Source: Candidatus Limnocylindria bacterium
GTDB lineage: Bacteria; Chloroflexota; Limnocylindria; P2-11E
Length of the DNA: 64,000 nucleotides
NCBI GenBank assembly: GCA_036518215.1
Contig: DATDNP010000103.1
Span: 1,803 to 65,802 of the forward strand
Reading direction: 5' to 3'
Positions 18,714 to 28,211 of this stretch are shown here, piece by piece. Below the pieces are notes generated by a model. The model searched no databases. It saw only the letters and a list, made by a program, of their open reading frames with translations, and was not told the origin of the DNA. The stretch's first letter is position 1. Each line of letters starts with the position of its first letter. The translations under genes and the position numbers were made by a program.

Positions 18714-20230
18714 GGCGCGACGATCCCCGGCCGGCGCGACAGCGCCGCTTCGAGCAGCACCTCGTCGCCACGTTTGTCGACGACGTCGAGCTTCGCGCGG
18801 ATGCGGGTCAGATGGACGCGGAGCGTGTTCGGCGAGACCGCGAGACGCTCGGCGAGCGCGTCTCGGTCGAGGCGTTTGCCCTCACGCGAGAGCTGCTCCA
18901 TCTCACGCAGGATGCCGATCTCGCGCCAGGTGAGGCCGATCGCGCGCAGCCCGAAGGTCGCCTCGTCGAGCGCGGACGCGCCGGCGCCACCGCCGGTGTC
19001 GTCCTTCGCGCGGCGCTCCGCCGCCTCGGCCCGCGCGCGGATCGCGCGCCCGAGCGCACGCGATTGCTGGTCACGTTCCGCGACGCGTCCGAGCCACGCG
19101 CCGACCTCGGGCAGGTAGTACGCGAACCCCTCGCCACCCCGCGTCCCGATGTCGCGCACGAGCGCGACCGCGCGCGACGCGCCGCCGCCGCGCACGACGG
19201 ATTCGCGCCAGAACGCCGCGTGCACCGCGGCGCCGATGGCCCAGTGGTCCATCCCGCGCGCCTCGAACTCGCGCGTGGTCTGCTCGAGCATGCGGACCGC
19301 CTTCCGCGGATCGCCCCGCTTCCCCGCGACGATCGCGCGCACGAAGTCGCGGAACTGCTCGTCCTCGGGCATGCCCTTCGGCGTGCGCGTGAGGATGAGA
19401 TCCGCGACCTCGGTCTCGCCACGCAACAGGGCGATGTGCCCGTGGTCCTCGGCGGCGCCGGTCGCGCTCTGACGCGCGAGGCGCTCGCCCTCGGTGAGCT
19501 CGCCCCGCTCGAGCTTCGCGCGCGCGAGGCACAGGAGCGTGTGCCGCCACACCGACGACCCGTACTGCCGGAGCTCGACCTCGGCCTTCGTGAACGCGTC
19601 GACCGCGCGGTCGAGACGGCCCGCGCACCAGTCCGTGAAGCCGACGGTGTAGGTCGCCCACGCCGCCTCCGACGCGTCGTTCGTCCGCGAGGCGTACCGC
19701 ACGGTGAGGTCCGCGGCGGCCTGCGCGCCGACGTAGTCGCCGGAGTGCGACAGAAGATGCGCGAGCTGTCGCTGCACGCGCGTCGTCACGAGATCGCGAC
19801 CGCGGCCACGCGGAGCGCCGGCGAGCGCGTCCTCGGCGCGGCGCGCGTCACGGAGCGCCTCGCGGATCTCGTTCGCCGCGGTGTTCACGATGGAGCTGCC
19901 GAGGTGGAGCTCGGCGAGCACGAGCGGGTCGCCCGCGGCGTCGGCCTCCGCCAGCTTCTTGAAGCGCAGCGAGTCCTCGCGCCGGACGAGGTAGTAGGAG
20001 AGGTGGAGCAGGTCGACCGCGACGCGCGCCCGCAGCAGCGGATCCTTCACGAGCGGCAGGACGGCGTTCAGCTCCGCCCACGCGAGGTCGAACGACTCGA
20101 GGTACTTGAGGCAGCGCGCGCGGAGGACCCGGCGCTCGAGCGTCGGACGCCCGGTCGTGAGCTCGGGAAGCAGGCGCTCGGCATCGCCGCGCGAGAGCGG
20201 CGCGAGGACCTGCTCTCGCTGCGCGTTCAC
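18710..20230 (-). CDS. LuxR-family transcriptional regulator with large N-terminal TPR-like sensor domain
   Basis: C-terminal LuxR HTH (GLTWREIGILREMEQ...LAERLAVSPNTLRVHLTRIRAKL). The N-terminal ~430 aa are helical-repeat-like. Confidence 0.8.
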   Translation of the reverse strand: MNAQREQVLAPLSRGDAERLLPELTTGRPTLERRVLRARCLKYLESFDLAWAELNAVLPLVKDPLLRARVAVDLLHLSYYLVRREDSLRFKKLAEADAAGDPLVLAELHLGSSIVNTAANEIREALRDARRAEDALAGAPRGRGRDLVTTRVQRQLAHLLSHSGDYVGAQAAADLTVRYASRTNDASEAAWATYTVGFTDWCAGRLDRAVDAFTKAEVELRQYGSSVWRHTLLCLARAKLERGELTEGERLARQSATGAAEDHGHIALLRGETEVADLILTRTPKGMPEDEQFRDFVRAIVAGKRGDPRKAVRMLEQTTREFEARGMDHWAIGAAVHAAFWRESVVRGGGASRAVALVRDIGTRGGEGFAYYLPEVGAWLGRVAERDQQSRALGRAIRARAEAAERRAKDDTGGGAGASALDEATFGLRAIGLTWREIGILREMEQLSREGKRLDRDALAERLAVSPNTLRVHLTRIRAKLDVVDKRGDEVLLEAALSRRPGIVAP

Positions 20231-20275
20231 GCTTGTATTACGCCACGACTACGAGTTAGGTTCTCGCGCCGGCTG

Positions 20276-20749
20276 CTACCGGGTCGGCGGGAAGCGGCTC
20301 GCGAGGTCGCCGACGTGTCCGTGCGCGTGCTCGGCGTGATAGGCACCGACGAACGCGCCGTCGACCTCGCCGAGCTCGTCGTGGACGCCGATGCGCTCCC
20401 GGGTCGAAGCGTCCGCGAGCAGGCGCACGATCTCGGCGTGCGACGCCTGGATCCGCTTCGCGAAGGTCATCGCCTCGCCGTTGTTGTTGTGCCGCTCGGC
20501 GTGGATCGCGTCCTGATCGACCGACGCGAGCCGCGGGCGTTCCTCGGTCGCGATGCGGCGGACGCGCTCGGCGAAGATGTCGGCCATGTCGGCGACGTGG
20601 CCGATCACCTCGAGCCCGGTCCACTGGTCGAAGCGCTCGTCGCGAAGCCGCTCGGCCGGGACCGTCCGAACGATGCGCGCGACGGTGGCGCCGTCGTCCG
20701 CGAGCGTGAATGCGGTGTCGTCGTCGTAGTGGCCGCGGCGGGCCGTCAA
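20276..20749 (-). CDS. DinB/YfiT-like (DinB_2) metal-dependent four-helix-bundle protein
   Basis: His-rich metal triad pattern (GHVADM ... HAEHAHGHVGDL). Overlaps the prfA stop by 4 nt. Confidence 0.55.
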   Translation of the reverse strand: MTARRGHYDDDTAFTLADDGATVARIVRTVPAERLRDERFDQWTGLEVIGHVADMADIFAERVRRIATEERPRLASVDQDAIHAERHNNNGEAMTFAKRIQASHAEIVRLLADASTRERIGVHDELGEVDGAFVGAYHAEHAHGHVGDLASRFPPTR

Positions 20750-21852
20750 CTCGCGGCCTCCTCCTCGAGCCGCGCAAGCCGATCAGCTTCGTCCTGCGTC
20801 GCGAGGGCGTCGATCAGGTCGTCGATCTCGCCGTCCATACGGCGGTCGAGGTTCGAGACGTTGTAGCCGAGGCGCTTGTCGGTGATCCGGTCCTGCGGGA
20901 AGTTGTAGGTGCGCATCTTCTCGGCGCGCTCGCCGCGGCCGATCTGCGCGCGCCGCGCGCCGGCCTCTTCGGACTCGCGCCGCTCCTGCTCCGCCGCGAG
21001 GAGGCGCGCGCGGAGCACGGCCATGGCCTTCGCCTTGTTCTTCAGCTGCGACCGCTCGTCCTGGCACGTGACGACGATCCCGGTCGGGAGGTGCGTGATC
21101 CGGACGGCGGAGTCGGTCGTGTTCACGCCCTGCCCGCCGTGGCCGCCGGCGCGGTACACGTCGATCTTGAGGTCCGCCTCGTCGATGTCGACGTCCATCT
21201 CTTCGGCCTCGGGGAGCACAGCGACCGTCGCGGTCGAGGTGTGGATGCGGCCCTGCGCCTCGGTCGTCGGCACGCGCTGCACACGATGCACGCCCGACTC
21301 GAACTTCAGCTTGCTGTACGCGCCACGGCCGGCGACGCGGAAGATGATCTCCTTGAAGCCGCCCTTCTCGGAGTCGCTCTGCGAGAGGATCTCGATCTTC
21401 CAGCGATGCCGTTCGGCGTAGCGCGAGTACATCCGGTAGAGATCCGCCGCGAAGAGCGCGGCCTCCTCGCCGCCCTCGCCGCCGCGGATCTCGACGATGA
21501 CGTTCTTCTCGTCGAGCGGGTCGCGCGGGACGAGGAGCGCGCGGAGCTTCGTCACAAGCCCATCGACCTCGGTCGACGCCGACGCGAGCTCCTCACGCGC
21601 GAGATCGCGCAGATCACCGTCGTCCGAGTCGATGAGCTCCTCGGCCTCGTGGACGCGCGCCTCGGCGCCTCGGAGCGAGCGCATCGTGTCGACGACGGAG
21701 GTGAGGCCCGCGAGCTCCTGACCCACCTCGCGGATGCGATTCGGATCCGAGGTCGTCGCGGGATCGCTCATCGCCTTCGCCAGCTCGTCGTAGCGCTCTT
21801 CGATCTGCGCGAGACGCCGCCGCAGCCCGGGCGTGAGGACGTCTTCCGTCAT
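20746..21852 (-). CDS. prfA: Peptide chain release factor 1
   Basis: GGQ motif (RAGGHGGQGVNTTDSAVRITHLPTGIVV) and PxT-type decoding region. Start at [14 protein letters not shown] overlaps the DUF1385 stop (ATGA). The 636-aa track ORF has a spurious N-terminus. Confidence 0.93.
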   Translation of the reverse strand: MTEDVLTPGLRRRLAQIEERYDELAKAMSDPATTSDPNRIREVGQELAGLTSVVDTMRSLRGAEARVHEAEELIDSDDGDLRDLAREELASASTEVDGLVTKLRALLVPRDPLDEKNVIVEIRGGEGGEEAALFAADLYRMYSRYAERHRWKIEILSQSDSEKGGFKEIIFRVAGRGAYSKLKFESGVHRVQRVPTTEAQGRIHTSTATVAVLPEAEEMDVDIDEADLKIDVYRAGGHGGQGVNTTDSAVRITHLPTGIVVTCQDERSQLKNKAKAMAVLRARLLAAEQERRESEEAGARRAQIGRGERAEKMRTYNFPQDRITDKRLGYNVSNLDRRMDGEIDDLIDALATQDEADRLARLEEEAAS

Positions 21853-22751
21853 GCCGCGACCTCTTCGTCGCCCGCGATCGCTTCCTGGAGCGACGCGACA
21901 GCGACCTCGATCATGCCCGCATCGGGGCGGCGCGTCGTGATGCGCTGCAGGAGCAAGCCCGGCCACACGATCGCGCGGACGAGCGGGTTGCCCTCGTGAG
22001 CCGCGCCGGCCTTGAGGACCTCGTACGAGATCGACGCGACCGGAACGACGAGCGCCAGCCGCACGACGAGATCGACGACGACGTTCACGCGCGGGACGAA
22101 CGCGAAGAGCACGATCGCGACGACGACGACGAACAAGAGGAACGCCGTCCCGCAGCGCGGATGCGCGGTGGGATAGGGCTCGATGCGGTCCGGTGTGAGC
22201 GGCGTCCCGTGCTCGTACGCGTGGATCGTCATGTGTTCGGCGCCGTGATACGCGAAGACGCGACGGATGTCCGGCAGGAGCGAGATCACGAAGAGGTATG
22301 CGAGGAAGAGCGCCATCCGGATGATGCCCTCGCCGACGTTCAGAAGGAGCGTCGAGTGCACCGCTCCGCGCAGCGCCTGCGTCGCGAGATACGGGATCCC
22401 GACGAAGATGACGAGCGCGACGACGAGCGAGAACCCCATGACGAGCGTGTTGTTGCCGCCGCCTCCGCTCCCCTCCTTCTCCTCGTCGTTCAGCTGCACG
22501 TCGGCGGAGCGCATGAGCATGCGCATCCCGTACGACACGGACTCCCACAGCACGACGAGCCCGCGCACGAAGGGCGCACGTGCGACGCGCGACGTCGCGA
22601 GCGGCGATCGCAGCGTCTCGCGGTAGCGGTAGATGTCGCCGTCGGGCCTGCGGCACGCGAGCGCGATGGTCCGCTTGCCGCGGATCATCACGCCCTCGAT
22701 CACCGCCTGGCCGCCGTACGCCGACGGCGCGACGGGTGTGCGCTCGCTCAT
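21849..22751 (-). CDS. DUF1385 family membrane protein (YqhQ-like)
   Basis: [40 protein letters not shown]...[14 protein letters not shown], characteristic DUF1385 sequence. ATG overlaps the tdk stop. The upstream 241 aa of the track ORF are Arg-rich antisense junk. Confidence 0.8.
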   Translation of the reverse strand: MSERTPVAPSAYGGQAVIEGVMIRGKRTIALACRRPDGDIYRYRETLRSPLATSRVARAPFVRGLVVLWESVSYGMRMLMRSADVQLNDEEKEGSGGGGNNTLVMGFSLVVALVIFVGIPYLATQALRGAVHSTLLLNVGEGIIRMALFLAYLFVISLLPDIRRVFAYHGAEHMTIHAYEHGTPLTPDRIEPYPTAHPRCGTAFLLFVVVVAIVLFAFVPRVNVVVDLVVRLALVVPVASISYEVLKAGAAHEGNPLVRAIVWPGLLLQRITTRRPDAGMIEVAVASLQEAIAGDEEVAA

Positions 22752-23338
22752 ACCGGCGCCGCCACGCGTCGCGGCACCTCGTGGCAGCCGCGGCAGCGCG
22801 CCTCGTATGCCTCCTTGGCGCCGATGACGATGATCGGGTCGTCGTAGAACGCGGGCACGCCGTTCACGATGCGCTGCGTGCGTGTCGCGGGCTCGCCGCA
22901 GACGACGCAGATCGCCTCGAGCTTGTCGACGCGCTCCGCGAGCGCGAGGAGCACCGGCACCGGCCCGAAGGGCTCGCCGCGGAAGTCGAGGTCGAGCCCG
23001 GCGCAGATGACGCGGCGTCCGCTCCCGACGAGGTCGCGCACGACCTGGACGATGCCCGGATCGAAGAACTGCACCTCGTCGATGCCGACGACGGTCGTCT
23101 CCGGGAAAACCAGCGCGAGGATCTCGTCGCTCGATCGGACCGGCCGCGCCTCGAACGAGTCGCCGTCGTGCGAGCGCACGACCTCGACGCCGTAGCGGTC
23201 GTCGATCGCGGGCTTGAAGACCTGCACCGCACGGCGCGCGATGACCGCGCGCTTGGTGCGACGGATGAGCTCCTCGCTCTTTCCGCTGAACATGCTCCCG
23301 ACGATGACCTCCAGACCCGAGTGGCCGGAGGCGCCCAT
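22748..23338 (-). CDS. tdk: Thymidine kinase
   Basis: [15 protein letters not shown]-loop and C-terminal zinc ribbon [13 protein letters not shown]...CRGCH. Confidence 0.92.
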   Translation of the reverse strand: MGASGHSGLEVIVGSMFSGKSEELIRRTKRAVIARRAVQVFKPAIDDRYGVEVVRSHDGDSFEARPVRSSDEILALVFPETTVVGIDEVQFFDPGIVQVVRDLVGSGRRVICAGLDLDFRGEPFGPVPVLLALAERVDKLEAICVVCGEPATRTQRIVNGVPAFYDDPIIVIGAKEAYEARCRGCHEVPRRVAAPV

Positions 23339-23347
23339 CGGGCGCAG

Positions 23348-23587
23348 CTAACGGCTCTTGGCGGCCTCCGCGGTAGCGGCGGCCGCTTCTGACTTCGCGT
23401 ACCGCTTGTTGAAGCGGTCGACGCGGCCCTGGATGTCGAGGATGTGCTGCTTCCCCGTGAAGAACGGGTGGCACTTCGCGCAGACCTCGACGTGCAGCTC
23501 GGGCTTGGTCGAGCCCGTCGTGAACGTGTTGCCGCAGGCGCAGGTGACCTTCGCCTGGACGTACTTGGGGTGGATCTTCTCTCGCAT
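23348..23587 (-). CDS. rpmE: 50S ribosomal protein L31 (Zn-ribbon type)
   Basis: [47 protein letters not shown]. Strong SD (AGGACACAAGGAA) before ATG 23585-23587. The track's 39-aa N-terminal extension was rejected. Confidence 0.9.
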   Translation of the reverse strand: MREKIHPKYVQAKVTCACGNTFTTGSTKPELHVEVCAKCHPFFTGKQHILDIQGRVDRFNKRYAKSEAAAATAEAAKSR

Positions 23588-23600
23588 TTCCTTGTGTCCT

Positions 23601-23858
23601 CTATGCCGTCGGGATGACGTTGACGCGTCGGCGGTCGTCGCGCGCCGGGCCGTATGTGACTTCGCCCGCGACGAGCGCGAAGAGCGTGTGGTCCTTGCCG
23701 ACACCGACGTTCTGGCCGGGAAGGACCCGCGTGCCGCGCTGCCGGACGAGGACGGTGCCCGCCTCGACGCGCGCGCCCGCGTATTCCTTCACGCCGAGAC
23801 GCTGCCCGGCGGAATCGCGGCCGTTGCGGGTAGAGCCCGCACCCTTCTTGTGTGCCAT
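23601..23858 (-). CDS. rpmA: 50S ribosomal protein L27
   Basis: [28 protein letters not shown]... Confidence 0.95.
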   Translation of the reverse strand: MAHKKGAGSTRNGRDSAGQRLGVKEYAGARVEAGTVLVRQRGTRVLPGQNVGVGKDHTLFALVAGEVTYGPARDDRRRVNVIPTA

Positions 23859-24175
23859 TACCTGAGTCCCTCGATCTTCGTGATGCGGATGGTCGTCGCG
23901 TCCTGGCGATGGCCCTTCATCTTCCGCTGGCGCGTCTTGTTCTTGTAGCGGAGCACGTCGATCTTCGGACCCTTGTCGTGCCCGACGATCTCGGCCTGCA
24001 CGCGCGCTCCCTTGAGCGCCGACGGGCCGACCTTGACGGCCTCAGCGTCCGCGGCGAGGAGGACGTCATTGAGCGTGACCGTGTCGCCGGCCTTGCCTGC
24101 CAGCTTGCCGACGGTCACGACCGACCCCTCTTCGATGCGGTATTGCTTCCCGCCACTGCGGACGACTGCGTACAC
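23858..24175 (-). CDS. rplU: 50S ribosomal protein L21
   Basis: [22 protein letters not shown]... with a GTG start at 24173-24175. The upstream 49 aa of the track ORF are not L21-like. Confidence 0.85.
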   Translation of the reverse strand: MYAVVRSGGKQYRIEEGSVVTVGKLAGKAGDTVTLNDVLLAADAEAVKVGPSALKGARVQAEIVGHDKGPKIDVLRYKNKTRQRKMKGHRQDATTIRITKIEGLR

Positions 24176-24321
24176 GGACTGAGACCTTCCGAACAGAAAA
24201 AGTCGTCGCACACCGCCCGTGCGACGTACGAAAAGTATAGCCGAGACGCGTTCGCCTTCGAGGTCGGAGCAGCCTGATCCCGCTCGCGAGAGGACCGCCG
24301 AAACCCTCTCTACGCCGCGCA

Positions 24322-24346
24322 CCCCGCGCCTCAGATCGGCGCGGGG
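24322..24346 (-). terminator. Hairpin downstream of membrane-protein gene / within rplU upstream region
   Basis: Perfect 9-bp stem CCCCGCGCC / GGCGCGGGG with a 7-nt loop; no U-tract. Confidence 0.4.
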
Positions 24347-24446
24347 GCCCTCGGCGGTCCTCTCGCTCGCTCCGCTTCCTGGCTCTTTCTGTATTCCTTC
24401 CTCTACGTCGTCCTCGTCCTACCCGTCTCGCCTCGCCGCTCGTACG

Positions 24447-25673
24447 TCAAGCACGGGCGGGTGCGGTCTCCGGGGCCTTCGCGCCCTGCAAGCGCGTGAG
24501 CAGGGTCGCGATCCCGAGCAGCGCGGAGAGACCCATGATCGGCGCGGTGAACGAGACCGGATGCGTGAAGGGCTTCGCGCCTTCGCCCGAGCCGACGGTG
24601 ATGAGCACGAAGACGAACGCGGCGGCACCGAGATTGAGACCCCAGAAGACCACGTTGTCGGCCCAGGGCCATGGCCGCTCGTCCTCGGCGGTGAGCACGA
24701 GCACCGCGCCGAAGAGGATGTTCGTCATGAGACCGACGAAGTAGCTGTGGTCGAGCGAGTGCAGCAGGCCGATCGACACCTTATTGATGTCTCCCTGCGA
24801 CGCGATGAACTGCTGGACGAGGAAGAACTGGAAGATCACCGCGGCGGCGACCCACGGGACACCCATCGCGATGTGACGCTTCCCGCCTCCGCTCCACGAC
24901 ACCGCGAGCGCGGTACGACCGAGACGCACCGCGACGACGACGATGCCGCCGATCGTGAGGAGCGTCGCCAACCCGGCGAGACCCTGCGAGGCGCTCCCGA
25001 GCTGCGCCGAGAGCAACAGGCTGAACGCGAGCACGAGCCCGCCGACGAACAGCAGCGCGATCTGCACGAATCCGGCGATGCTCCGGCGCCCGCCGCCCGT
25101 GAGCTGCCACTCGATGAAGCCCGCGGCGACGAGGACGAGATAGCCGCCGGTCTGCGCCGACGCGTGCGCGCCGACGAGATCCGTCGTCTGCGGCAGCTGG
25201 TTGCCGGTCCCGAGGATCACCTGGACGATGACACCGAGCGTCGATCCGATGACGAGCGTCGTGAGCCCGAGAACGACGGAGAGCTTTGGGATGTCGAGCT
25301 TCGCGAAGCCGCCCTCCGCCATGCCGCGCGACGCGGCGAACCACCACCAGTACACGATCACCGCGAGCTCGGTCACGCCGAAGATCGCGCGTAGCTGGAA
25401 GTTGCCCGACCAGAACGCGAGCACGTACGCGGCGGTCGAGGCGGCGCTCACGCGCACCGCCGTCGTCTTCCCCGCGCCGCCGAAGATCCAGATCGAGAGA
25501 CCGATCACGCCCATCGTGATCCAGCCGAGCGTGCCCGAGTGCAGGTGCGTGAGGAGCGTGTTCCGGTCGAGCGCGCCGAACACCTGTGTCGCGTTCGCCA
25601 GACCGAGGAGCGCCGTCAGCGTGAAGATCGCGAGCCCGTACTGAAAGGCAGACCTCGCCTCCGCCTTCGCCAT
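24447..25673 (-). CDS. Polytopic integral membrane protein, unknown function
   Basis: 408 aa with about 10-12 hydrophobic helices. SD GAGGGAGGGA precedes the ATG. Confidence 0.6.
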   Translation of the reverse strand: MAKAEARSAFQYGLAIFTLTALLGLANATQVFGALDRNTLLTHLHSGTLGWITMGVIGLSIWIFGGAGKTTAVRVSAASTAAYVLAFWSGNFQLRAIFGVTELAVIVYWWWFAASRGMAEGGFAKLDIPKLSVVLGLTTLVIGSTLGVIVQVILGTGNQLPQTTDLVGAHASAQTGGYLVLVAAGFIEWQLTGGGRRSIAGFVQIALLFVGGLVLAFSLLLSAQLGSASQGLAGLATLLTIGGIVVVAVRLGRTALAVSWSGGGKRHIAMGVPWVAAAVIFQFFLVQQFIASQGDINKVSIGLLHSLDHSYFVGLMTNILFGAVLVLTAEDERPWPWADNVVFWGLNLGAAAFVFVLITVGSGEGAKPFTHPVSFTAPIMGLSALLGIATLLTRLQGAKAPETAPARA

Positions 25674-25745
25674 GTCGTCCCTCCCTCGCGTGGTGCGGGA
25701 AGGGTAGGCAAATCTGGGTGCCCCGTCGACGGGTAGAAGCGGGTA

Positions 25746-26387
25746 CTAGCGGGCGCGCGAGTCGAGGGCGATGACCTGCAGGTTCTCAGGGAGCGTCGAC
25801 CGGGTGACGGAGAGCTTCGCCACCGGCTCGAGGTCCTTTACTCCCAGTTCATGAAGCAGGCGCTGGAAAGGTGTGTCCTTCTTCTTGTCGTCGGGATCGA
25901 ACGCCATCGGGACGACCACCTTCGGCTCGAGCTGGTGGACGACCTCGGCGGCGCGCGCCGCGGAGAGGTTCACGTCCGGACCGCTGATCGGCACGAGCGC
26001 GATGTCGACATCGCCGATGCGGTCGAGATCGGCCGCCGGGAGTGAGTGGCCAAGGTCGCCGAGGTGGCAGATGAGGAGGTCGTCGAGACGGACGGTGAAG
26101 ACGGTATTGCGGCCCCGCACGCCGCCTTTCTCGTCGTCGTGGAAGGTGCCGACGCCGGTGACGAGGACGTCGCGGACCTCGTACTCTCCGGGTCCGCGCA
26201 GGACCACGGGCTCGCCTGCGACGGATCGGAGGCTCGAGTGCCCCGGGTGGTCGTGGGAGATCGTCACCAGGGCGGCCTCGGTACGAGGGATCGCGTGACC
26301 GGATTTCGGATCGGGCGGGTCGGTGAGGACGACACCTTCGCGGCCGCGCATACGGAAGCAAGCGTGGCCGAGCCAGGTCATGTCCAT
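25746..26387 (-). CDS. MBL-fold metallo-hydrolase (UlaG-like)
   Basis: MTWLGHACF...ISHDHPGH...ICHLGDLGH metal-binding pattern. Start placed at MDMTW; the track ORF begins 10 aa earlier. Confidence 0.75.
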   Translation of the reverse strand: MDMTWLGHACFRMRGREGVVLTDPPDPKSGHAIPRTEAALVTISHDHPGHSSLRSVAGEPVVLRGPGEYEVRDVLVTGVGTFHDDEKGGVRGRNTVFTVRLDDLLICHLGDLGHSLPAADLDRIGDVDIALVPISGPDVNLSAARAAEVVHQLEPKVVVPMAFDPDDKKKDTPFQRLLHELGVKDLEPVAKLSVTRSTLPENLQVIALDSRAR

Positions 26388-26473
26388 CGGGATGACCACG
26401 ATACGCGAAACCGCCATCGGGACGAGGGGGTACTGGTGCCGGAGGGGGTTCGGGCGGTCGCGTCCGGGGCAGC

Positions 26474-27031
26474 GTGACCCGAACGGACCAGGAAGCCGTC
26501 GAGCGATGCCTCGCCGGCGACACCGAAGCCTTCTCGATCTTGGTCGAACGCTACGGAGGCCGCGTGTACAACATCGCGCTTCGCATCACGAACGACACGG
26601 ACGCCGCCTCCGACTGCGCGCAGGAGGCGTTCATCCGCGCGTATCGCGCCCTCCACCAGTACGACCCGAACCTCCCGTTCGGCCCGTGGATCTATCGCAT
26701 CGCGACGAACGCGAGCCTCAACCACGTCCAGCGGTGGCACGCCCACGAGTCGCCGGTGGAGGAGCTTCCCGAGTCGCTCGAGCCCGATGAGGAGGGCCCC
26801 GAATCGTCGGCGCTGCGTCGGGAGCAGATGGATGAGGTCCTCGCCGCGATGGCCGACCTCCCCGCGCACTACCGCGCCGCGCTCACGCTGCGGCACCTGC
26901 AACAGCTCTCCTATCAAGAGGTGGCGGATGCCCTGGGTATCCCGCTCGGAACGGTGAAGACACACCTGCACCGCGCGCGCGCCGCCCTCAAGACGCGGCT
27001 CGCCGCGCGAGCGAAGGAGCCTCTTGCATGA
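26474..27031 (+). CDS. ECF (sigma-70 family group IV) RNA polymerase sigma factor
   Basis: Region 2 (RVYNIALRITNDTDAASDCAQEAFIRAY...) and region 4 HTH (LSYQEVADALGIPLGTVKTHLHRAR). Confidence 0.9.
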   Translation: MTRTDQEAVERCLAGDTEAFSILVERYGGRVYNIALRITNDTDAASDCAQEAFIRAYRALHQYDPNLPFGPWIYRIATNASLNHVQRWHAHESPVEELPESLEPDEEGPESSALRREQMDEVLAAMADLPAHYRAALTLRHLQQLSYQEVADALGIPLGTVKTHLHRARAALKTRLAARAKEPLA

Positions 27032-27420
27032 GCGACACGTACGGCGTCCCCGATCTCGAGCAGAACGAGCGGGATCTGCATCAGCTGCTCGCCGTCGTCC
27101 CGCCGCAGCCACTGCCCATCGGATTCAGGGACGCGGTCATGGCGCGCCTCCGCAGCGACCGCCGCGTCATGTGGGAGTGGATCGTCGCGGCGGTCATCGC
27201 CGTGCCGAGCCTCGTCTTCCTCGCGCGGCAGATCGCGATGCACGGTGAGGACTTCACGCAGGCGATCGGCAACATCTTGACGGCCGCGTCGGCCGACACG
27301 ACCGACGCGTTCTTCTTCGTCGATGGGCTCACCATCGTCGCGCTCGCGCTCGTCGGCGTCGCGTGCGCCGTCGCGGCGCACGCGCTGTCGGTGACGTCGC
27401 ATCGGACGGTGACGCGATGA
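27028..27420 (+). CDS. Anti-sigma factor (single-TM)
   Basis: ATGA overlap with the sigma factor gene. It has a cytoplasmic N-terminus, one TM (WIVAAVIAVPSLVFLA) and a short C-terminus. Confidence 0.65.
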   Translation: MSDTYGVPDLEQNERDLHQLLAVVPPQPLPIGFRDAVMARLRSDRRVMWEWIVAAVIAVPSLVFLARQIAMHGEDFTQAIGNILTAASADTTDAFFFVDGLTIVALALVGVACAVAAHALSVTSHRTVTR

Positions 27421-28211
27421 CGCGGCGCGAGCTCATTGCGGTCGTGGCCGCCGTGGCGATCGCGCTCGGCGTGAGCGTCATCTTCTACGTAGGGACCGTC
27501 GTTGCCGAAGCGCCGTCCACGTCGGCGGCGGGCGCGCGTGTCTATCGGCCCCGGCTCTTCTTCGACTTCCGCAACTCACCGCCCCCGGTCCGCTCGCTCA
27601 CCGAGGTGCAGGACCGCGTGGGCCCGCTCGCCGCGGCCGTCGTGCCGCTCCAGCGGAGCGTTTCCGACACGGCGCGCGACGCGGCCGGATTCCTCCTCAT
27701 CATCCTCGTGACCGCGACGACGCTCGTCGTGGCGCACGACCGCGTCATCTCGGCGTACCGCGCGTCCCTCGGCGGCTGGCGCGACCAGCTCCGCGTCTTC
27801 CTCACCGGCGTCGCCGTGCTCGGGCTCGGCCTCTCGGCGACGGCGCTCGCGTGGGTCGTGTACCTCGGGTACGTCGCGACGCACATCCGCGGCGCGCCGT
27901 TCGGCGTTCCCGCGGCATTGCAGCTCGGGCTCGCCGCGTTCGGCGTCATCCTCGTCGTCCTGCTCGGGATCTTCGCGATCGGCTTCTCGGCGACGGCGTG
28001 GCGGCTCGGCGACGCGCTCTTCCGTCCGCGTCCGCTCGCGCGATTCGCGAGCACCATCCCAGCGCCCGCGGTCGCGCTCATCGGAGCGTCGATCCTCTAC
28101 ATCGTCTGGCAGCTTCCCGCCATCGGCGCGCTCGCGCTCGCGGCGGTCGTGGCATACGCATTCGGGGCCGTCGTGACGGCACGCTTTACCGGTGGAGGGA
28201 TCTCAGCATGA
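27414..28211 (+). CDS. Membrane protein (YknW-like accessory component?)
   Basis: Start MTRRELIAVVAAVAIAL overlaps the anti-sigma stop (ATGA). About 5-6 TM helices. It sits where YknW sits in Bacillus yknWXYZ. Confidence 0.55.
   Translation, partial: AMTRRELIAVVAAVAIALGVSVIFYVGTVVAEAPSTSAAGARVYRPRLFFDFRNSPPPVRSLTEVQDRVGPLAAAVVPLQRSVSDTARDAAGFLLIILVTATTLVVAHDRVISAYRASLGGWRDQLRVFLTGVAVLGLGLSATALAWVVYLGYVATHIRGAPFGVPAALQLGLAAFGVILVVLLGIFAIGFSATAWRLGDALFRPRPLARFASTIPAPAVALIGASILYIVWQLPAIGALALAAVVAYAFGAVVTARFTGGGISA

Noticed and set aside
20746-22656. 636-aa track ORF treated as one gene
   Set aside because: Only the C-terminal 368 aa are PrfA. The upstream 268 aa are Arg-rich read-through across the antisense of the DUF1385 gene. 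The internal ATG sits exactly at the ATGA overlap with the DUF1385 stop.
21849-23474. 541-aa track ORF
   Set aside because: The C-terminal 300 aa form a bona fide DUF1385 protein. The N-terminal 241 aa are Arg/Pro/Gly-rich and overlap the real tdk gene in another frame.
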